From Macrostomum lignano (taxonomy: Eukaryota): 64,000 nucleotides of DNA. Shown in pieces: positions 45,201 to 61,730 of the stretch. The position numbers and the translations under genes are program-made. The stretch is from assembly GCA_002269645.1 (NCBI GenBank), contig NIVC01001746.1:1-64000 (forward strand), in the 5' to 3' direction. Under the pieces are notes generated by a model. The model was not told the DNA's origin. It saw nothing but the letters and a program-made list of their open reading frames with translations, and made no database searches. Positions within the stretch are counted from its first letter, which is position 1; each line of letters starts with the position of its first letter.

Positions 45201-48200
45201 TTAGCGTCACTCCATCAAGCTTAGCGTCACTCCATCAAGCTTAGCGTCACTACATCAAGCTTAACGTCACTCCATCAAGCTTAGCGTCACTCCATCAAGC
45301 TTAGCGTCACTCCATCAAGCTTAGCGTCGCTACATCAAGCTTAGCGTCACTCCATCAAGCTTAGCATCGCTTCATCAACCTTAGCGTCACTCCATCAAGC
45401 TTAGCGTCGCTACATCATGCTTAGCGTCACTCCATCAAGCTTAGCGTCACTCCATCAAGCTTAGCGTCACTCCATCAAGCTTAGCGTCACTCCATCAAGC
45501 TTAGCGTCGCTACATCAAGCTTAGCGTCACTCCATCAAGCTTAGCGTCACTCCATCAAGCTTAGCGTCACTACATCAAGCTTAACGTCACTCCATCAAGC
45601 TTAGCGTCACTCCATCAAGCTTAGCGTCACTCCATCAAGCTTAGCGTCGCTACATCAAGCTTAGCGTCACTCCATCAACCTTAGCATCGCTTCATCAACC
45701 TTAGCGTCACTCCATCAAGCTTAGCGTCGCTACATCATGCTTAGCGTCACTCCATCAAGCTTAGCGTCACTCCATCAAGCTTAGCGTCGCTACATCAAGC
45801 TTAGCGTCACTCCATCAAGCTTAGCGTCACTCCATCATACTTAGCGTCACTCCATCATACTTAGCGTCACTGCATCATCCTTAGCGTCACTCCATCATGC
45901 TTAGCGTCACTCCATCGTACTTAGCGTCACTCCATCATACTTAGCGTCACTCCATAATGCCTAGCATCACTCCATCATGCTTAGCATCACTCCATCAAGC
46001 TCAGCATTACTCATCAAGTACTCTATCAAGCTTAAGAGGTTGGAATCGTCAAGCTTCTAAACCATGTCACTTCACAAATAAATCCTTCTTTCAATGTCTC
46101 TCACCAGGCTTAAGACTGTCACTCTATTGCTTCAACATCAAGCAAGCTGCGAGTGTAAATTCACTGTAAAGCTACACGCAGAAAAAGTAAACTATGGGAA
46201 AGACTAAACTGAAAAAGTGCAGAAAAGTGCAAAATTTTGTGGGGAAAGTTGTAGCACGACCAGAAGTCATGAGTTTGCCATTCTGCTCGAACCTGTGCGG
46301 CAGAACAGCCACGATGCAACGTGTTGCGAGAATGCCAATTATCACGTACATGTAGATGAGGTCAGACATGCGACGCCAATAGGTTTGAAGTGTCAATACT
46401 AGAAGCTGTCAATCAGTTTTTAGTTGCCTTACGTGAGCGCTTTCGTTCCCGGCTCGCATCTGGTCACACAGAGCCACATTGGTGGTGTTGAACCCGATTT
46501 TGCATTCGCATTGCCGATCGTCCGTGAGATTGAACACGAGCTTGCAGTGGATTCGCCACTCAACCAGCTCCATCTCCAGGAACCAGGTGCTCGGCACGGT
46601 GATTAGCAAGTAGAAAAATGCCGACGGACAGAACCTGCGAGAATTGAGAAGTAATTTTAGAAGAATTTTTTGTTGAGGACAGATAACATAAGCCTCTAAG
46701 GCACATGGTATCTACGTGTCTGACAATATCGTGCGAGCGTGTGCGAGTGCATGCACGGGGTCAGCAGAATGCGTATGACTGCCGGCCCTACTTCCTTGCT
46801 GGCTTGTTGACTTTACGACACAAGGGCACACACCCATTTAGAAATGTTGATGATGTTAAGACGTAAAAATGAAAACAACAAAATTTGGAGGTCGGTCTGT
46901 CAGCAACTTAGTCCTCGAAAACTCGATATAGGTTTGTACCATAGGCACAAACTCACTGACTACGAGTACAAGGAAAAATCTATCCAAAATATGCTTTTCG
47001 AGAGGACTAAGTTATTAAGAGATCGGCCTCCGATTTTGTAGTAGTCCCTGGCTATGCTTCAATACACAAAACCAAGGAAGCCTCTATGTTTGCTTCGCTA
47101 CTCAGGGGGCCGTATGCACAAAGCTCTGTCTAGGGTAGTCCGGTCTTCAAAAGCTAGTCTGGACTTGGATTTGATATGCAGAAACACAAAGTTAGACCGG
47201 TCTACTATAGACAGAACTAGGGTAGCTGGACCATAGACTATAGACTGAACTACCCAAGTCCGGACTAGCTAGTCTGGACCATGGATGAATAATGTAACTA
47301 AATCGCAAAAAGCTCGATTTGTTTGGTCCTAGCCATAGACAGGCACCAGCATCACAAGAAGCTCATGACGCCGTACTTTCACACATATTATTCATCCATG
47401 GTCTGGACTAAGCTTTCTGCATACGGCCCAATAAGCAACACTCAAAATAATTCCCATAGATTTTTGGGACTCAACTTGTACACACGAAACCCTAAATGCC
47501 CTAAATGTGAACAAGTTTAGTCTAAAAAATCTATGGGAATTCTTTTGATTTTTGCTTTTGCTGAGGAGCGAAGCAAACATAGAGGCTAGCTATGTACCAT
47601 AGCGATTTGTATCTCGAAATCTACATACTCGAACCTAATGACAACAACATGCCAATCTCGGCATGAATGAACTAGTAATCTCGGTGAGTCACCTAGCTAC
47701 CGTTAAGATTGCTTGATAAGGGCGTCAGAATCAAGTGCACACAGTTAGTTATTCTCTCAGAATTCCTGCAGAGCATGAACTCCAAATCCTAGCCACTGGA
47801 CCCCCGGCAGTCAGCGGTAGCAAGTGACTAATGAGCAGCGACCGCTATGCCGAACTAAAATCTGGTTATATACGTGGGGGCGTCTACTTTGGGCAAGCCA
47901 TTATTCACGAACTATTTGAGGCTTTTATCACTGACGTCAATGACGGATGGCCGAAGGAGAGAGGAGGAGAGGGTCAAAGCTGGAAGATTTGGTCTCGGAT
48001 TTTGCGCTGAAGAAAAACCAGTCAAGCACAGCGACCAGCTTCATTCTTTCCGGAGATTGAGGAAATTTAATTTGGCATCCAGCTTTTTTCACTGATTCCA
48101 AACATTTCTGAGGACGCTGCTTCGTTCTAACAAAACGTTTTTAATGACAAAAACTTTTAGCAAATCATTTTTCTATAAGAAAGTCTGTCTCCAGGTGCTC

Positions 48201-49955
48201 AAGGAAGTTCCCATTAGCCAACGGTTTAGCAGGTCTCTCACCCCTGAATAGAGTACCTCCGGAACAGCGACCAGTGCGTGCGTGCGTGCAAATGAGTCTC
48301 AGAACTTCTGACTGTATGACCTACGGACTTCCTTATATGGAAGCCAAGTAAATTTTGAAGCACGTTTGAAGTTTGCGACTTCAACTGCTCGCTGAGAATA
48401 TGGAGAACTAGATACACCAGTGTCCCATTTTAAGCCTAGACAACTTGTGACGAGATACTTCAGTGTCACAGTTCGAGTCCATGCACTCTGAGACCAGATA
48501 CTCCAGTGTCACAGTTTGAGTCCATGCACCCTGAGACCAGATACTCCAGTGTCACACTTTTAGTTCATGCACCCTGAGACCAGATACTCCAGTCTCACAG
48601 TTTGAGTCCATGCACCCTGAGACCAGATACTCCAGTGTCACACTTTTAGTTCATGCACCCTGAGACCAGATACTCCAGTGTCACACTTTTAGTTCATGCA
48701 CCCTGAGACCAGATACTCCAGTGTCACAGTTTGAGTCCATGCACCCTGAGATCATGCAACTCCTGTTTCATAGTTTGAGTTCACCCAGACGCCAGATAAT
48801 TTACGAAACAAAACGTAATTTTATCACTCTATAAGACAGAATCCCTCCTTGATCAAGCGCAGCTTACATAGGCTCGTACGAGCTGAGCTAGATCACGTAC
48901 AAACACCGAGTAGAATCAATCACTCGCTGCTCAAGATCTAGCCTAGTCTAGCCGGTGCTTCAGGAACCGGTCTGTGGAAAGTTGGATCCAATCGGTTTCT
49001 GATCCAGCAGCCAGCCGGACATTGAATACGGATTCGGCTGACAGACAAAGAGAGTGATTGGAAGTCCATAGCGCGACCGACAGTCAAATAAATTGTTGTA
49101 CGTGACAAACTTTGCAATTCAATGCCAGGGATATATGCCTATTCTCTGGTTCTCCCCTCTCTCTCTCTCTCTACTCCCAATCTCTCCTGTCAACTGCAGG
49201 AAGCTGGCCGACCCAGAAATTAAATGGCGTCCCCAGCGTTGCCATGCAGAGAAGTATTCATCGTCACAACAAGGACGCGGACGCCTAACGGGCCACTTGA
49301 GCAAATCAGTTGGTTCCACTAGACTATGTTTTTTGTTCGATGAGCTCCGAAATATTGCCGGCTTGGAGTCTGGACTTTCTAGCGTTGGTGCTCAATAACT
49401 GTTCCAATTTTGATAATGACGAGAGGATATTGGAGGTTGCAACATTTACATGCGTTCTTCTTGAGCCTTTGAAGTTCGGACTCAAGTTGCAGGTCATGTC
49501 TACAGAAGAGGCACGTTAACCCCCCCCCCCCCCACCCAGAAAGTTTGGATCCTTGGCACGGATCCTTCAGGCATTAAAAATTACCACAGCAATGATGGTA
49601 TTATGGAGGTTAGTTTAGGAGAATACAAGAGAGGTTTAAATAGCCATGTAGGGAAAAATTAACGACTATATCTTCGTATATCGTTGAGCATAAAATGTGG
49701 CTCAGAATAAATAAACCACTCCTCAAAAAAAGAAACTATGAACAGTCAGTCTCGACATGCTCACCATTTCCACTCGCGACCTCTGTTGGCGCCAAAGGTG
49801 ACAATCGATTCCAAAATAAGACCAACCAAGGAGGCAGTCAGATACCAGTACTCATTCTTCTTAGACTTGTCGCACAGGTACGCAATGGTGGCCATGCCAT
49901 GGGTGGCGAACAGTACACGAACCAACACAGCTCTGAAGATTGTGAACCAGCGCAT
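42285..49955 (-). CDS. TMEM26: TMEM26-family multipass membrane protein (~536-573 aa depending on 3' exon use)
   Basis: Exons 49955-49765 (MRWFTIFRAVLVRVLFATH...GREWK/W), 46634-46433 (FCPSAFFYLLITVPSTWFLE...), candidate 44369-44297, 43701-43157 ([32 protein letters not shown]...IWTWSLLQF), and 42884-42386 or 42884-42285 (DLPYLIVRL...FFTLKN). Motifs match TMEM26 [22 protein letters not shown].EF and QDGPFL.VRL. The middle and 3' exon structure is less certain. Confidence 0.9.
44531..46035. repeat. 20-bp minisatellite CATCAAGCTTAGCGTCACTC (~75 copies) with 280/320-bp higher-order repeat, TMEM26 intron
   Basis: Exact 20-bp register without indels through most of the array. Three marker variants recur at +280 and then +320 bp. 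Confidence 0.98.
47260..47412. mobile_element. Small foldback/MITE-like element in TMEM26 intron 1
   Basis: Imperfect ~33-bp inverted repeat; core gaccatggatgaataat (~47277-47294) pairs with attattcatccatggtc (~47386-47403). Confidence 0.45.
47443..47547. mobile_element. 105-bp hairpin/MITE-like inverted repeat in TMEM26 intron 1
   Basis: 41-bp arms (47443-47483 and 47507-47547), 36/41 identical after reverse complement, 23-nt loop. Confidence 0.5.
48450..48790. repeat. 43-bp minisatellite (~8 copies) in TMEM26 intron 1
   Basis: Unit ccagatactccagtgtcacagtttgagtccatgcaccctgaga at 48494, 48537, 48580 and so on; degenerate flanking copies. Confidence 0.93.
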
Positions 49956-50954
49956 GTCTGCTGTATGCTGCCGAGCTTTCGATGTTGGACTCGAAATTGT
50001 AAACCCGCTTCCGCGTCAGTGCAGCGATGCGTTGCTGATGCAGAACGGACTGGTTCGTATCTTCAATCAGAGATTCTTTTCCGTTCCCACTTGAACTATA
50101 CTTTCCTGCGACGGTCTTGGGGTTGGCTTTTAAAAACTGACTCAAAATTTGCTTGGAAAGAAAATTGTTTTATTTCACCAAGAACCAGAGAAGAGATTGG
50201 GAGTGGCGGAGAGGAACCCCACGGAGCAGGGCAGCGATTTTTCATCATATTCTTCCATATCTCGATCCCAACGATTGCGATTCGCCGTTGGGTGGGAGAA
50301 TGGGGATCGCGACTTGTGCCGGAGCACCAGCCCCAACCCCGTCTGTCCCTAAGTCTCCTCAATTCAATAAAAACGCTTCTGTATCAGTTTTTTGTTTGTC
50401 CTTCCATAAATAAGTCCGCAAAGGTTCTGTCTCGCATCGGCTTTTAGGCCAGTTGTCGAGATACGGGAAACAAGCGTTGGCCAACTGGGCAGTGGGGGCA
50501 TTGTTCGAGACTGGCGGACAGCGATAAATTTATGAGCTATAGCTCAACTCATTCGTATAGCTCGCATCAGTACAGAGGTTTCATAGCGCTCTTTAGTCGG
50601 GCATCAATTTATCTGATTGCGCTCTGAGCAGTTGTCCTCGTGCAGCAACGATATCTTGCAGCCGGTGCATTTTCATTTGGCATTGTAGCCCCATTTCTCG
50701 GTTTCCTTCATCGTTACTTGTCGAGTCTCTGCGTTAAAAAAATTCGGCTTTTACGATTTATTAGTCTTGCTGCTACGTGGCTGAAATTCTGTAATAGTTA
50801 TGAAAGTGGTTCTGTGGTCTAGAATCCCTGTTGGTTTTGTGATTCTTTGCTTCTTTGGTCATTTTTTTTCGTTTTTCGTTTTTTTTTGTTTTTCGTTTTC
50901 ATGTTGTTTCCGTGGTTAAATGGCTTTGCGCTTCTAAGGCTTCTCGTATAAGGT

Positions 50955-51855
50955 TGTGTTTCTGTGTTCTGTGGTTTTGTGTTTCGGTTGTTCTGTGGTT
51001 CGTGTTTCTGTGCTTCTGAGGTTCTGTAGTTCTGTGTTTCTGTGGTTGTTTTTCTGTGGTTGTGTTTTCTGTGATTGTGTGGTTTTGTGTTTCTGTGTTT
51101 CTGTTTCTGTGTTTCTGTGGTTGTGTTTTCAGTGATTGTGTGGCTTTGTGTTTCTGTGTTTCTGTGGTTCTGTGTTTCTGTGTTTCTGTTTCTGTGGTTC
51201 TGTGTTTCTGTGTTTCTGTGGTTCTGTTTTTCTGTGGTTCTGTGGTTCTGTGTTTCTGTGTTTCTGTTTCTGTGTTTCTGTGGTTGTGTTTTCAGTGATT
51301 GTGTGGCTTTGTGTTTCTGTGTTTCTGTGGTTCTGTGTTTCTGTGTTTCTGTTTCTGTGGTTTTGTGGTTCTGTGTTTCTGTGTTTCTGTTTCTGTGTTT
51401 CTGTGGTTCTGTGGTTCTGTGTTTCTGTGTTTCTGTGTTTCTGTGGTTCTGTGGTTCTGTGTTTCTGTGTTTCTGTGGTTCTGTGTTTTTGTGTTTCTGG
51501 GGTTCTGTGTTTCTGTGGTTCTGTGGTTTTTTGGTTCTGTGTCTGTGGTTCTGTGTTTCTGTGGTTGTGTGGTTTTGTGTTTCTCTGTTTCTGTGGTTCT
51601 GTGGTTCTGTGGTTCTGTGGTTCTGTGGTTCTGTGGTTTTGTGTTTCTCTGTTTCTGTGGTTCTGTGGTTCTGTGGTTCTGTGGTTTTGTGTTTCTCTGT
51701 TTCTGTGGTTCTGTGGTTCTGTGGTTCTGTGTTTTTGTGTTTCTGGGGTTCTGTGGTTCTGTGGTTCTGTGGTTCTGTGTTTCTGTGGTTCTGTGGTTCT
51801 GTGTTTTTGTGTTTCTGGGGTTCTGTGTTTCTGTGGTTCTATGGTTTTGTGTTTT
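50955..51855. repeat. 8-bp repeat array (CTGTGGTT/CTGTGTTT)n between the divergent TMEM26 and bestrophin genes
   Basis: Direct reading; about 44 TGTGGTT heptamers by hand count. Confidence 0.96.
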
Positions 51856-53820
51856 GATGTTGTTCCAACGTGGTTCGGTGGCTTTTCTATGACTATGTCT
51901 CTGCTTCTCGTTAGCAATGCGGTCCAGTATCTCGGTATAGCACGACAATTACCTCCGCGACAACTGCTAGGGTTAGGGTTACGAAGGTTAGGGTTTGACG
52001 TGCAGGCAGTTGTCGTAGAACCTAGTAGCACTTGTGTTCAACAGTTACGGTTGTGTAGTTCTGTCTGGTTCTGTCTGAACGGTCTGGGCACTCGAGGCAG
52101 CCAGAGCACTGGATACCGACAGGTATTAGGACTGATAGAATCCCACTCAGAGACAATCATTTCTTGATCATATAGCAACAAGACTGACTGGCCGAGACTT
52201 ACATAATCAAGCAATTGAGCTCTTAAGAACTCAGCTGAAGTGTTTACGATCTAAATAAAAAGGTTATTGAAACGTGTGTCGAAAGGGACAGCAACCGAGC
52301 TAGTTATCAGCAATTTGTGAGTTCATCGCACCCACTGTGGCTTGACTGATACTGACAGTTATCCCTGACATCTGAATTGGCATCTTTAAATACCAAATTC
52401 TAACGTAAACTCTGAGTTTTTCATTTTATTTCAACAAATATTCGCGAGTTACCCGGTACACGTGTAGGCGCCAGTGGACGCGTATATTGCACATTTCAGC
52501 CATAGCAACATAGTCTCTGGGTAGACTACTATGAGTAGTTAGTAGTATACGTATGGGTAATGTAAGTAATATTGGACACGATTACCCTTTGTTAATTTGA
52601 AATCCAACTCAAATTATTGATAAGATAATCAAGCACTGTTGGTTTATTTTTGGAACTATTGTTTGATCTTATTGATTTATATAATTAAACTGTACATACA
52701 TGCGGTCGTACTGATGCTAATAGAGCACTTGTGAGTCTCCTTGGATATAGAAAGGAGTTATTAGCTGATTCTCTTAGCTGTCAGTAAGATTGTAATACTC
52801 TAAGCAGTTCACACTATTCACCTAGGCAAGCGTTACTATTCGTACGCAATTTGGCACGCAGTTTTGAGCTGACCCTGAAAGCTAGACGGGTAGAATAGAA
52901 AGCAGCCTAAGACATCACTAGACACGCGAGTCTAGGTAATTAAGACTGTACAATATTTTTGAGTAGAATAATGTACACCATTTGCGCAAACTACTGAGTT
53001 CACCATGCCCTTCGAAGTAACAATAGAGCTAGAGAGAAAGGACGTCCAGCTAGTACGCAAGTACGCAAGGCTTGACGCTTGAGAGTTTCGTCTAATGACT
53101 GCTCAACGGGGATAAACAACACTGGAGGGAGGGGGGCTGGGGCAGTTCAAGGGCGGGGTGTTGAGGTGAGTCAATATACGGTCGGGGGGGGGGGCGAGGG
53201 ATAGAGGGCGGGCTGGGCGAGAGGGCTTCTCCCCGCCCGCTATTCAGCTTGGCATGGGTGGCTTTCTCGCGTGTGACAAGTCCATCTTTTTAGCCAGCCC
53301 CCACCCTCCCCCAACCCCCTGCCCCACCACCCCAACCTCTATTCCGGCCTGAAAAGCTATGTACATTCTTTTATTAACTGAATCCGGGCTTTGACGGGGA
53401 CGAGGGAGACCCGGCGCGGGTGGTAGATAGGAAAAGGGAATGTACATTGAAAAGTATGTACTTTATTCAATCATCTGCTCACCGCGCGCACTAAATCCTA
53501 AGCAAGGAGAGAAGGGAAAGGCCACGCACTGCGTGCTACAGACAGAAAAACACTGCGTGCTGGGGAGGCGGCATTTGCAGCAGTCCAATCCAAGACAAGC
53601 CCCTGAGCCCTTTCTCTTCCATACGCTTGACACTATTTTTAAACTAGACTTAAACAATAAAGCAACAAGACCTGACAAGTGCTGTCTATTGCAGTATTTT
53701 TTGCATATTAACCAGCCTTTTTTGCAAATCTAATTTGGCCTTAAGCAATACAAGCGGCTTAGTTGGCCCGGTCTAGTCTGAGAGACTCTTGAAGTCTCAG
53801 AATATTGCTTCAGTAAGGCA

Positions 53821-59078
<5,258 letters not shown>

Positions 59079-59180
59079 GCTAGCAGCGGGTTCGATTTGT
59101 CTGAACTCTGCTAGCTACCCATTTTATTCCCCGTTGAAAACGTTACCGTGACAATAATTGCTAGAGTCATTGTAAACACC

Positions 59181-59325
59181 TCTAGTGACTCCCAACCACT
59201 CTGGCGGCGGGCGACTCTTGTGACTTTTTAACGACTCAAACGACTGCAATGCGACGGCGAGGCGACAGTTGAGTCACGAGTGCATCAGTTGTAGAGTCGT
59301 AAGAGTCGCGAAAAAGTCACTCTAG
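59181..59325. other. Imperfect palindromic (GACTC...GAGTC) element downstream of the bestrophin stop
   Basis: Left half has ctagtgact, gcgactctt and tgactttttaacgactc; right half gagtcgtaagagtcgcgaaaaagtcactctag is their reverse complement. Confidence 0.5.
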
Positions 59326-60081
59326 AATTTTTAGCGCTTAAATTTCTACCAACTCAAGTAGGCTGAATTGAGTTGTTATAAATGCGAAATGCGATTCAAA
59401 TTCATGAAGTGACGCAGATGCGCTTTTGACGCAACTCAGCGAATCTAAAGCGGCTCTAAGAACGCCTCAGAACTACTTTTTGTCGACTTGTACCGAGAAA
59501 TCTGTGGGTTTTATAGCCGTCTAGAGCCACTTCTTTCCTACATGTATTTTACCTGCGTTACCTGCAACGACTCTGGGACGCTTCTTGCTCTAGGTTCCGT
59601 TTTCATCGAGGTCGAATTAACCCTAAATCTCCTAAACTACATGTGCGATCGAGCTGCATCTACTCTAAACTACTTCGATCCTAACTACTATCTACCCTGT
59701 TGAACTATACATGTAGCATCTACCCTAAACTGGTGTCTACACCTAAACTACATGTACCTACTAGTACTAGTACATGTGGTAAACTTAGGAGGCATCTGCA
59801 AGCACTCCTAATCTACACGTATTATACTGTATGCATCAACCGAAGTATCACTTACGTATATGTACATTCATAAATGTAAATCCGATTAATTATATGTAAC
59901 CGTATTTTAAGCATTGAGAATTGTAAGTTTGAAATATTAAAGATACTTTGATTTATAATAAGCCTGCGAACAGCTTACTTGTATGAAACGAACAAGTTTT
60001 GTTATTATCCAGGTAAAATTATCTATTAGTAATGTACCATCGCACTGCAGCACACGCATTGCCTCAGCTTGCTCAATTACT

Positions 60082-60162
60082 GTTTATATACATGTACTAC
60101 TACCAAACGTTTATATACATGTACTACTACCAAACGTTTATATACATGTACTACTACCAAAT
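60082..60162. repeat. 27-bp tandem triplication gtttatatacatgtactactaccaaac
   Basis: Three copies, the last one partial. Confidence 0.9.
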
Positions 60163-60797
60163 GCTTGCATACTAGAGTATGTACATACTAGAGTATGCAA
60201 GCATTCTCACGTGATTCTACATGCATATCCTATTAATAATTTCGTTGTGCCAATAGAATTGTTATTTAAATTACCTAACTACAGTAACACAAATTAATAA
60301 ACTTCCCTAAAGTACGAAAATTTGACTAATTATAAAGCAGATGCGTAGCTCCATTCCAATGCCATTGGGTTCAGCATTTCTTTCAATTTCAATTTCAGCT
60401 TTATCGATGTATATTGTTTGGTTTCGCGTTGAGCTTGAAGATATGCGTTTTACAAAAGCTCATGAGAGACACTACTCGTTTTTTAACCAGTAATATCTAA
60501 TGCTTTTGTATACAATCACTATTAGTAATTAATACACTGCATGGAAACGGCTATAAAAGTAACTCTGCTTTTAACCTAACATTGGCTGTGCAAGCAGTCA
60601 TTATTTCGATTAACGTGTTATTGTTCCCTGATAAATCCCCTATATTACGAGCGTACTATTGTAGCGTACTACAATGATTTTGTCCTCCAAAGCTATCAAA
60701 TAAATGCACCAAAGTGTCTGCTGAAAATTCCGCTTATTCAAATTGTATTTATTTTTAAAATTCAATTCTATATCGAGTAGGAAGTAACAGTTTCGGA

Positions 60798-61265
60798 TTG
60801 TACATTGGATGCGAGGAGTGGGGTTGGCTTTTGTGTGGTGATGTACATTGAGTCTGGGGAGTGGGGTTGGCTACTAGCTGTGTGGGAATGTACATTGAGT
60901 CTGGGGAGTGGGGTTGGCTATTGTGTGAGGATGTACATTGAGTCTGTGGAGTGGGGTTGGCTACTGTGTGGGAATGTAAATTGAGTCTGGGGAGTGGGGT
61001 TGGCTACTGTGTGGGAATGTACATTGAGTCTGGGGAGTGGGGTTGGCTACTGTGTGGGAATGTACATTGAGTCTTGAGAGTGGGGTTGGCTATTGTGTGA
61101 GGATGTACAACATTGAGTTTCGGGAGTGGGGTTGGCTACTGTGTGGGATGTACATTGAGTCTGGGGAGTGGGGTTGGCTACTGTGTGGGAATGTACATTG
61201 AGTCTGGGGAGTGGGGTTAGCTACTGTGTGGGGATGTACATTGAGTCTGGAGAGCGAGGTTGGCC
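60798..61265. repeat. 43-bp minisatellite (~11 copies) between the convergent bestrophin and TM9SF 3' ends
   Basis: Unit gtacattgagtctggggagtggggttggctactgtgtgggaat at 60843, 60890, 60933, 60976 and so on. Confidence 0.95.
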
Positions 61266-61730
61266 ATTGGAGCAGCTCCTCGTAATACAGCACGCTAATA
61301 GTGTATTAATAAACTATTTTTGAATCAATTTCAAAGAATTAACACAAAAAGTAGTCTCGCACAACTAGATTTACAAGTAACCTTTAAAAGTTGTGACGTC
61401 ACCCGAATAAATAAATTGAAAAAAGTACAAGTTTAATTTGGTAAGAAAATTCACTGCATAAAAATTGTCGTACGAGAATCCTAAAGACGTCAATTTAATT
61501 TAAATGTCGCAAAACTGTTTTTAGCTGGTCCTTAATTGGTTGAAAATTGGTAAAAGAATAATAAAAATGAAGGAATGATAAATATATATATATAGTTTTA
61601 TGTTTTACTGTACTTCATTTTAAATGAAGACTAGGATGGATATTCTAGAATAGAAAAACTCAAAGATAACTCCGATCCTAAGCAGTGTGTGCCAGCAGCC
61701 ACTGTCTAAACACGTGTAGCCCAAACCGCC

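Noticed and set aside
48470-48481. Pol III B-box-like GTTCGAGTCC in the 43-bp repeat
   Set aside because: Present in one degenerate copy only, with no A-box.
50533-50546. Perfect 14-bp palindrome TGAGCTATAGCTCA upstream of TMEM26
   Set aside because: A single short palindrome with no supporting context.
51968-51995. Interstitial telomere (TTAGGG)
   Set aside because: Only 2-3 imperfect units; too short to call a telomeric remnant.
51056-52167. Cys/Val/Phe-rich 'membrane protein' ORFs and the antisense QKHRTTE ORFs
   Set aside because: All frames are open because of the 8-bp repeat; no domain signal.
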